20,000 bases of DNA from an uncultured virus (IMG/VR IMGVR_UViG_3300042987_003191) (Duplodnaviria; Heunggongvirae; Uroviricota; Caudoviricetes). Made by a program: the position numbers and the translations under genes. This document shows positions 14,496 through 20,000 of this stretch, piece after piece (positions within the stretch are counted from its first letter, which is position 1; the number at the start of each line of letters is the position of its first letter). Where the stretch lies: the IMG/VR virus record IMGVR_UViG_3300042987_003191; one strand, 5' to 3'. Under the pieces are notes generated by a model. It was not told where the DNA came from and searched no databases. It saw only the letters and a program-made list of their open reading frames with translations.

Positions 14496-14713
14496 TCCGG
14501 CAATTGCTCGTCTTCAAGCTCAATATCATGAGCAAGCTGCTTGAGCTGGTCTAAAGCTGCTTGGATGACATAACCCCTGCTAACTGAGCTTTCATCAAGC
14601 AGCTCTTCCAAGGCTCTAATTTCATCATGCAGTTCTTCAACGGAAGAGAATGTGCGTGCTGCGTAAGGCACGCCATATTCATCTTCAGAAACGAAAGAAA
14701 TGGGAAAAGGCAT
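14492..14713 (-). CDS. Acidic hypothetical protein
   Basis: 73 aa, E/D-rich, in the operon. Confidence 0.65.
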   Translation of the reverse strand: MPFPISFVSEDEYGVPYAARTFSSVEELHDEIRALEELLDESSVSRGYVIQAALDQLKQLAHDIELEDEQLPE

Positions 14714-14715
14714 GA

Positions 14716-14955
14716 TCAGCCGTTGATGATGGAGTTGAAGAATTGTTCAGCTTGCCACTTGTGATCAAACAAGCCGTAGGAAGTGGTGCGGATGGAAAGC
14801 TCTGTAATGCGCTCCCAACCATACGCTTCCCACTTTTGGGAACCATCGGCACAAAGATATTGCTGAATGCCATAGCCGCTGTGTTGCGCTTGGCGATCAG
14901 CCTCAAGCTTGGCGAGATAGGGATCTTCTCTGTGGCCTTCGATAGTGCGGTGCAT
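14716..14955 (-). CDS. Hypothetical phage protein
   Basis: ATG 14955 (MHRTIEG...) lies just downstream of promoter 2. Confidence 0.65.
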   Translation of the reverse strand: MHRTIEGHREDPYLAKLEADRQAQHSGYGIQQYLCADGSQKWEAYGWERITELSIRTTSYGLFDHKWQAEQFFNSIING

Positions 14956-14975
14956 GGCTTGGTTGCGAACAATGG

Positions 14976-15029
14976 AACAATAGAAGAAAACGGCCCTGTT
15001 TCCAGGGCCTAGCAACAATGCTTAACAGA
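14976..15029 (-). promoter_or_regulatory. Repeated early-type promoter 2
   Basis: AACAATA 14976-14982, GGCCCTG/CAGGGCC hairpin, GCAACAAT-GC-TTAACAGA 15012-15029. Confidence 0.65.
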
Positions 15030-15402
15030 AGGCCGTGCGACCGTTGGAATAGGCCCACCACTGCTTGGTGCCTTCGCTAGCTTCCTGCTCCCATGCTGCC
15101 CATTTCTCAGGCACAGGCTCAGAAACAATGCGGGTGCCAGCAGGCACCTTGATGGGGCCAGAGAGCGTGCTAATAGTCCATTGATCCATCACGGGACCAT
15201 TGATATACCAGCTCTGGCAAACGTGCAGCAGGCCAATCAGCTCAAGCTCGCGAGGATTGGCGGCACCAGCTCTTTGCTGAGTGGGGAAAGGCTCGTGCCA
15301 GTTGGGCACAGTGATAGTGATCTTGATTCGCTCAAGCCCCTCGAACTTAGTCCAATAGCCAGGACCGGTGAGCTGATCGACGGAGTGGTTGATGATTGCC
15401 AT
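15022..15402 (-). CDS. Hypothetical phage protein
   Basis: ATG 15402 with an AAGGAG RBS; Trp-rich, 126 aa. Confidence 0.7.
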   Translation of the reverse strand: MAIINHSVDQLTGPGYWTKFEGLERIKITITVPNWHEPFPTQQRAGAANPRELELIGLLHVCQSWYINGPVMDQWTISTLSGPIKVPAGTRIVSEPVPEKWAAWEQEASEGTKQWWAYSNGRTAFC

Positions 15403-15443
15403 AGTTGGCTCCTTAACGAGGGGGCATCGCTGCCCATGCAGAG

Positions 15444-15496
15444 AACAATACAGCACCACGCCCCGCTCAACGAGGCCTGTTACAAACCTTCATAAA
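15444..15496 (-). promoter_or_regulatory. Repeated early-type promoter 3
   Basis: AACAATA 15444-15450; GTTACAAA-CC-TTCATAAA 15479-15496. Confidence 0.65.
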
Positions 15497-15692
15497 GGCA
15501 GTCCAAACGAAAAGGCCGGAGGCGGCCCATACGGAGCTTGTCTTCGCTGACGAATTGTTGACTATTGGTTTTAGTGTTTTTGATCTTATGCAGGCCAGTT
15601 TCAGGGTATATCTTCATCACTGTGTATTCGCCTCTCCATTGTTTGAAGCCTGAATCGTAGAGATCAACGAGGGTTCCAATGGGGAAAGGCAT
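15480..15692 (-). CDS. Hypothetical protein (possible SH3-like beta barrel)
   Basis: FPIGTLV..W.G.YTV..I....HKIK...QFVSEDKL pattern. Confidence 0.6.
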   Translation of the reverse strand: MPFPIGTLVDLYDSGFKQWRGEYTVMKIYPETGLHKIKNTKTNSQQFVSEDKLRMGRLRPFRLDCLYEGL

Positions 15693-15693
15693 G

Positions 15694-15714
15694 AAAAAGG
15701 GGCCTAATGGCCCC
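15694..15714 (-). terminator. Intrinsic terminator
   Basis: GGGGCC-ATTA-GGCCCC-TTTTT. Confidence 0.7.
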
Positions 15715-15725
15715 TAGTCTAGAAA

Positions 15726-15986
15726 TCAGCGTTGCTGGTCACAAATGCCAGCGAGCATTTCGCCAACGTAAATGCTGGCATCACGAAGCTTGTCTAGGGC
15801 TTCATCACGCTCAGCGCGAGCCTTGTAATAAGCACCATGTTCCTGCGGATAGTAATCGCGCCCATTGAGAGTGGCTGCAGCAAGTGCTTCCATTGCCTTT
15901 TCGATGGCATCGTAAGCAGCGGCGTATTCATCTCGCAGTGTAGTGAAGCCGGTGCCGTTGAGGTGGATGGTGGGTATGGTTGCCAT
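15726..15986 (-). CDS. Hypothetical phage protein (PTIHLNGT...NGRDYYPQ type)
   Basis: 86 aa, downstream of promoter 4 and followed by a terminator. Confidence 0.7.
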   Translation of the reverse strand: MATIPTIHLNGTGFTTLRDEYAAAYDAIEKAMEALAAATLNGRDYYPQEHGAYYKARAERDEALDKLRDASIYVGEMLAGICDQQR

Positions 15987-16016
15987 TTGGAGAGGCATCG
16001 ATGCCGAACACTTAGG

Positions 16017-16069
16017 AACAATACAGAAGAAAGGCCCCGTTTCCGGGGCCTTTTACAAAGCTTTACAAA
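16017..16069 (-). promoter_or_regulatory. Repeated early-type promoter 4 with a perfect HLR1 box
   Basis: AACAATA 16017-16023, GGCCCCG/CGGGGCC hairpin, TTTACAAA-GC-TTTACAAA 16052-16069. Confidence 0.7.
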
Positions 16070-16701
16070 ACCAACTCTGAGAGTTCATCCATCAGTTGGA
16101 GACACCAGGCTTGGCCTTTCTTAGCGAGAAGCTTTTGGGCCGTGGGGCCTGGATCTTTGAGCTGAATGGAGGGAATGTCTTTGATGATGCCAGCTTCAAT
16201 GGCAGCAGCGCGAGCGCTTTTGAAACGCTTGCTTTTACCAATGTCATCGAGAAGCTCGGGCCTATCTCTGGCGATGCGGCGAAGAAGGTAGTCAGATGTC
16301 TCGCCCCTAGTGGATGTTCGGTCCGAACACCCTTGAGTGGTGGCCTGGGTTTTCGGGGATTCGTCAGTATATTGGTTCTCCCCAAGCGCCCTAATTTCTT
16401 GCCTTTTGTTAATTTCAATTAGCAGCCAATTTGCTTCGTCTTGCATTTTATGCTTTGACGAGGCAACTGCGCCCAGGCATTTCTTAAACAAGGGAAAGTC
16501 TTTAATCCCTAGCCCATCCTTGTGCTGCATAAATTGCAATAGTCCATCAAACTTGCGCTCCTCTCCATTGACGCCATCCTTGTATTTTTCATACAATTTA
16601 CCATCAATGATTTCACGCATATAAAAATAAAAGGCTTTTTCGCCCACTGCATTTTCAAGATCATTTGCAATGGAGCGAGCAGAGAATACGGTAAAGCTCA
16701 T
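16063..16701 (-). CDS. Hypothetical protein with a putative DNA-binding C-terminal domain
   Basis: ATG 16701 is ATGA-coupled to the helicase stop. The motif GETSDYLLRRIARDRPELL...KSARAAAIEAGI looks helix-turn-helix-like. Confidence 0.7.
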   Translation of the reverse strand: MSFTVFSARSIANDLENAVGEKAFYFYMREIIDGKLYEKYKDGVNGEERKFDGLLQFMQHKDGLGIKDFPLFKKCLGAVASSKHKMQDEANWLLIEINKRQEIRALGENQYTDESPKTQATTQGCSDRTSTRGETSDYLLRRIARDRPELLDDIGKSKRFKSARAAAIEAGIIKDIPSIQLKDPGPTAQKLLAKKGQAWCLQLMDELSELVL

Positions 16702-18635
16702 GCAAATCCCTCCGCCATTTCCTGCGCTTTCTTCACCCATTCACGCTTTTGCTCAAGGGAAGCCTTCGGAAAGGTGACACCAGCAGTTTTAAGACCAGCT
16801 AGGCGATTGATATCACCACGAACCTTGCGAAAAGCCAAGTCGTTATCTTCAATGTCGCGATATTTGTCCACCTTAAAACGAATCAAATTGGTCCAGTACA
16901 CAGCTTTTTCGCTAAGCCTTTGCAGTTCTTCTTCGTAAGACAAGACGGTTTCAATTTCTTCTTCCATTTGATTCGTAAGTTGCTCTGGCGTAACGCCAAG
17001 GCATTTGCACCGCGCATTAATTTGATCAATTGCATACGACTCTGCTTCTTTATTGCCACGTAAAAATAGGCTCAAGATGTGCTCAGTCCAATGGGAGTCA
17101 ACAAAACACTCAGCCGCACGTTCATGAACGAGCATGGCTTCAACGATTTCGTGCCATTGTGAATAGTCTTCACTACCCCTAAACACGCCAACGCTGGTCT
17201 CGGAAGATGTAACAGTGCCATGTTCCTGCTTCTTATCACTAGCAAGTTCCTTGGACTCGCTTCCACCTTCCGAAGTTTCTGTCAACTCCCCACAAGCATC
17301 TTGCACTTGTTTTTCGATGTTGCGAGCAATGTACCGAAGCTTGGGATGCGCAGGTACCACTACATAGGCAATGGTGTCGGAAGTGCGGGCGTCTGCGTAT
17401 TGCCGATTGTGAGTGTTAAATGGAATGCGGCGAACAGCACGACCAACGACTTGCACAAAATGCAGAACAGTCATGATCGCGCTCAGATAGGCGACCACTT
17501 TAATTTGCGGGATATCCACTCCTTCTGAAATCATGCCAACTGAAACAATCACGTCAGGCTTATCTGCAGCATTCTCCCTGCACTGCTTGGCAATCTTCGC
17601 CAGCTTCTTTGCCCCATTGTTGTCATCACTTACGACAACGGACACGCGATAGCCAGGGCGAAGCTCCTGAATGTAATCGGCAATGCAACGTGCTTCGTTG
17701 ACGCTCTTTGCCACGCAAAGCAAAACGCTCATGTTTTTGCATTCACAAGCAAGTTCAATTTGCCTGCGAGTGCGAGACAAAAGTGCAAGCGATTCATCAA
17801 TGATCCGCCTTACTGTTTCGTTGTCGCTTGGGGATTGCCTTTTGATATCAAAGTGAAGGTGGCGCCCAAGAGGTGTGTCGCACTTCTTCGCCCACGTTTC
17901 CCATTCTTCAATGGTTGACCATTTACTGCTGGGAAAACTTGGTAGATCTTCGTGGAATTCGCAGACCTTGCCATCTGGACTGCGATAACGGGATCCCCAA
18001 AATTTGAATTTAACTGGCACGGTCCCTCGTGTAGACGGTTCGCGCAAATCTTTTTCGTAACTGTAAACGTAGTCGGCCTTGATTCGACCATCTTCTTGAT
18101 AGTAATCTTCTCCATGAATGTTTTGACTTCCATAAAGCACTGCAATTTTGCCTTCGCGTTTCCACGGCGTACCGCTGAGGAAAATTGAATGCTCAGAAAG
18201 CCCTACAAGCTTATCAACCGCCAAACCCCATTGAGCCGTTTGTTCTGCGTGGTGAAATTCATCAACGATGGCAACAATACCGGAAACAGGGCGAGCGTGC
18301 AGAGCTTCTTCCACCTTGTTATATCCTTGATAGGTGGACACCCACACATCAGTGTCGTGAGGGAAATTGGTGTCATCCGTGACATTCACCCTCTTGCCAT
18401 TAAGACTGAGTTTTTCAAAAGTCTTCTTCCATCCCACTCGCGTGCCGCAGTTAGGAGTTAGGACGACGACTAGATCAGCCTTTCCACGCTCGACAAGCTG
18501 AAGAGCAGCCGTCGCGCTACAGAGTGATTTACCAGAACCAGTGCAGGCTTCAATAACAAAAAGCTTGCGATTGTTTTCAAGAAATTCAGGAATGCAAAGG
18601 CGAATGGCTTGCTCTTGCCACTTACGTAAGTTCAT
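16698..18635 (-). CDS. Superfamily 2 DExH helicase (ResIII/DEAD-like)
   Basis: Q-motif LRKWQ, Walker A ACTGSGKS, DEFHH, motif III LSGTP, motif V ISEGVDIP, motif VI QVVGRAVR. The start is placed at ATG 18635. Confidence 0.92.
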   Translation of the reverse strand: MNLRKWQEQAIRLCIPEFLENNRKLFVIEACTGSGKSLCSATAALQLVERGKADLVVVLTPNCGTRVGWKKTFEKLSLNGKRVNVTDDTNFPHDTDVWVSTYQGYNKVEEALHARPVSGIVAIVDEFHHAEQTAQWGLAVDKLVGLSEHSIFLSGTPWKREGKIAVLYGSQNIHGEDYYQEDGRIKADYVYSYEKDLREPSTRGTVPVKFKFWGSRYRSPDGKVCEFHEDLPSFPSSKWSTIEEWETWAKKCDTPLGRHLHFDIKRQSPSDNETVRRIIDESLALLSRTRRQIELACECKNMSVLLCVAKSVNEARCIADYIQELRPGYRVSVVVSDDNNGAKKLAKIAKQCRENAADKPDVIVSVGMISEGVDIPQIKVVAYLSAIMTVLHFVQVVGRAVRRIPFNTHNRQYADARTSDTIAYVVVPAHPKLRYIARNIEKQVQDACGELTETSEGGSESKELASDKKQEHGTVTSSETSVGVFRGSEDYSQWHEIVEAMLVHERAAECFVDSHWTEHILSLFLRGNKEAESYAIDQINARCKCLGVTPEQLTNQMEEEIETVLSYEEELQRLSEKAVYWTNLIRFKVDKYRDIEDNDLAFRKVRGDINRLAGLKTAGVTFPKASLEQKREWVKKAQEMAEGFA

Positions 18636-18843
18636 GATCAAACGATGCAGATTTAAGGAGATTGCACCGTCTGCAACACGCAACGCCATTGTCAAGAGTG
18701 GTGGTGCCACCTTGACTAAGTGGAACTACGTGATCAATTTGAGTGAGAAGTCCTGGCTGCAGCTTTTCGCCGCAATAGCAGCAGGTCCAGTGATCTCTCA
18801 CAAGAATCTGCAAGCGTTGCCGTTTTGAGAACAGACGACTCAT
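18622..18843 (-). CDS. Small HNH endonuclease (McrA-like)
   Basis: RD..TCCYCG..IDHVVPLSQGGTT..DNGVACCRRCN..K; overlaps the helicase start by 14 nt. Confidence 0.9.
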   Translation of the reverse strand: MSRLFSKRQRLQILVRDHWTCCYCGEKLQPGLLTQIDHVVPLSQGGTTTLDNGVACCRRCNLLKSASFDHELT

Positions 18844-18916
18844 GGCCAAATGACACACGCGCTAAAACGCGTTTCCCAGACGGGATCGGCAAAACCGACT
18901 TACAAAGCTTAGCAAT

Positions 18917-18937
18917 AAAAAAGCCCCTTGCGGGGCT
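18917..18937 (-). terminator. Intrinsic terminator, followed by an extended -10 (TG-C-TAAGCT at 18906-18914)
   Basis: AGCCCC-GCAA-GGGGCT-TTTTT. Confidence 0.75.
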
Positions 18938-18941
18938 CTGT

Positions 18942-19313
18942 TCAGTTAACAACGTTGGCGCAAAGAGCGGCAACCATATTGGCTTCGCCTGGTTTGGCGC
19001 CTTTTGCCACGGGACTCCGCCAGCCCTGCCATTGCTTGTCTTGAAGCACGTTCACTTTAAGCAGAGGGCAACTCACTGCAATGGGCACAGGCGTTTGAGC
19101 GCTTTCGTCTTTGCATTGGCGGGTGGTAGTCCTTACGCCATCGGAAGAGAGCTTCCAAGAGCCCCATGCGTAGTGACAATCGCCGAATTTGCGCTCAGTG
19201 GCAGTTTGGCCTTCTTTGATGATGCGCTCTAGGAGCGCTTCTTCCTTGGTGGGAGCTTGTTGCTGTACGGGAGGCAGTTCGGGCAGGGCAGTTGCGAGAA
19301 GGAGGGAAAGCAT
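18942..19313 (-). CDS. Putative exported protein
   Basis: Short hydrophobic N-terminus (MLSLLLATALP), P/Q-rich linker, 4 Cys. Confidence 0.65.
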   Translation of the reverse strand: MLSLLLATALPELPPVQQQAPTKEEALLERIIKEGQTATERKFGDCHYAWGSWKLSSDGVRTTTRQCKDESAQTPVPIAVSCPLLKVNVLQDKQWQGWRSPVAKGAKPGEANMVAALCANVVN

Positions 19314-19342
19314 TGTTTTTGAAGAAAAGAAATGAACAGAAA

Positions 19343-19531
19343 TTAAGACAACAAGCGTTTAATATCGCGCTCTACATTCTTCAAGCTGCGCCGATCATCT
19401 GTGCTTTTGCTGCACACTAAGATTTTGCCAGAAGAATGTTTAAAGATGAAATGCTTTGTTTGTCGATGTAAAACAAAGCCATGCTTTTTAACGAGCGCAA
19501 ACAGTTCTTGCCTGTTGTCTTTGAGCGCCAT
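19343..19531 (-). CDS. HicA-like toxin (mRNA interferase fold)
   Basis: 62 aa basic protein: L....GF.L.R..KH.IFKH..G..L.......D.R...N..RDI.R. Confidence 0.7.
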   Translation of the reverse strand: MALKDNRQELFALVKKHGFVLHRQTKHFIFKHSSGKILVCSKSTDDRRSLKNVERDIKRLLS

Positions 19532-19761
19532 TAAACATTGCCTGCAAGTATTCGCCCAATTTCAATTTTTGGACCATCAGTGTAAACCAGGCAGTCCGAC
19601 TTCCAAGACAATGGATTCTTCCCTTCTTTCACCTCTTCCGACCAAATAGAAGGCCGCTCAGTGGCTACTATTTCGCTGGCAAAGTCTTCGGCCTCGGAGT
19701 CATCTTCAGCCCAGACATAAGCCTGGAAATTGATTTCTACTACATACAGTTTCTTTTCCAT
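19531..19761 (-). CDS. Acidic hypothetical protein
   Basis: ATG 19761 (or TTG 19767); TAATG-coupled to the HicA-like gene. Confidence 0.65.
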   Translation of the reverse strand: MEKKLYVVEINFQAYVWAEDDSEAEDFASEIVATERPSIWSEEVKEGKNPLSWKSDCLVYTDGPKIEIGRILAGNV

Positions 19762-19763
19762 GG

Positions 19764-19982
19764 TCAAAGCACTTTCCAGATGTCATCTTGCAGAGCATTT
19801 GCAAGCGTAATTAGCAAGTCTTTCTTGCTTTTATAAGCGGGCTTATTAGCGCGGGAAAGAATAAAGCTGCGAGCAGAAGAACGATCATCGGCGCTGTAAT
19901 CTTTCCATTTGTGGCGGGCATTGTCAGAAACCATTTTGGCAATGGCTTGTTGCGTGCGAGTGAGGGAAGAAGAGAGGGCCAT
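19764..19982 (-). CDS. Hypothetical phage protein
   Basis: 72 aa ORF in the operon. Confidence 0.6.
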   Translation of the reverse strand: MALSSSLTRTQQAIAKMVSDNARHKWKDYSADDRSSARSFILSRANKPAYKSKKDLLITLANALQDDIWKVL

Positions 19983-20000
19983 TGTTCAGAAGACGAGCGT

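Noticed and set aside
18622..18710. Programmed frameshift fusing HNH to the helicase
   Set aside because: No slippery sequence was seen, and the helicase has its own ATG right before the Q-motif.

Overview
This window is a 20-kb piece of a tailed dsDNA phage genome, very probably a cyanophage of Synechococcus/Cyanobium. The host clues are a Cyano SP-type class I ribonucleotide reductase, a CP12-like tail, a DUF4278-type peptide behind a glutamine-II riboswitch and HLR1-like boxes. Left part: a truncated DUF1073-type portal gene (-) diverges from a putative PD-(D/E)xK nuclease, a GIY-YIG homing endonuclease and the terminase large subunit (+), followed by a CP12-like gene and structured RNAs. 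Middle: a minus-strand block with RNR alpha and beta, tRNA-Met(CAT), a structured ncRNA joined to a degenerate tRNA-like element, a metallophosphoesterase and small genes. It is followed by a hairpin-rich intergenic region and an HNH gene. Right part: a GC-rich segment with several repeat arrays (possible origin or genome-end region), then a run of short minus-strand early-type genes. Four of their promoters share a -10 TATTGT box with an HLR1 (RpaB-type) direct repeat 28-29 nt upstream. A coupled HNH / SF2 helicase / putative DNA-binding cassette flanked by 11-bp direct repeats interrupts this run. All family calls come from motif recognition by eye; no database searches were run.
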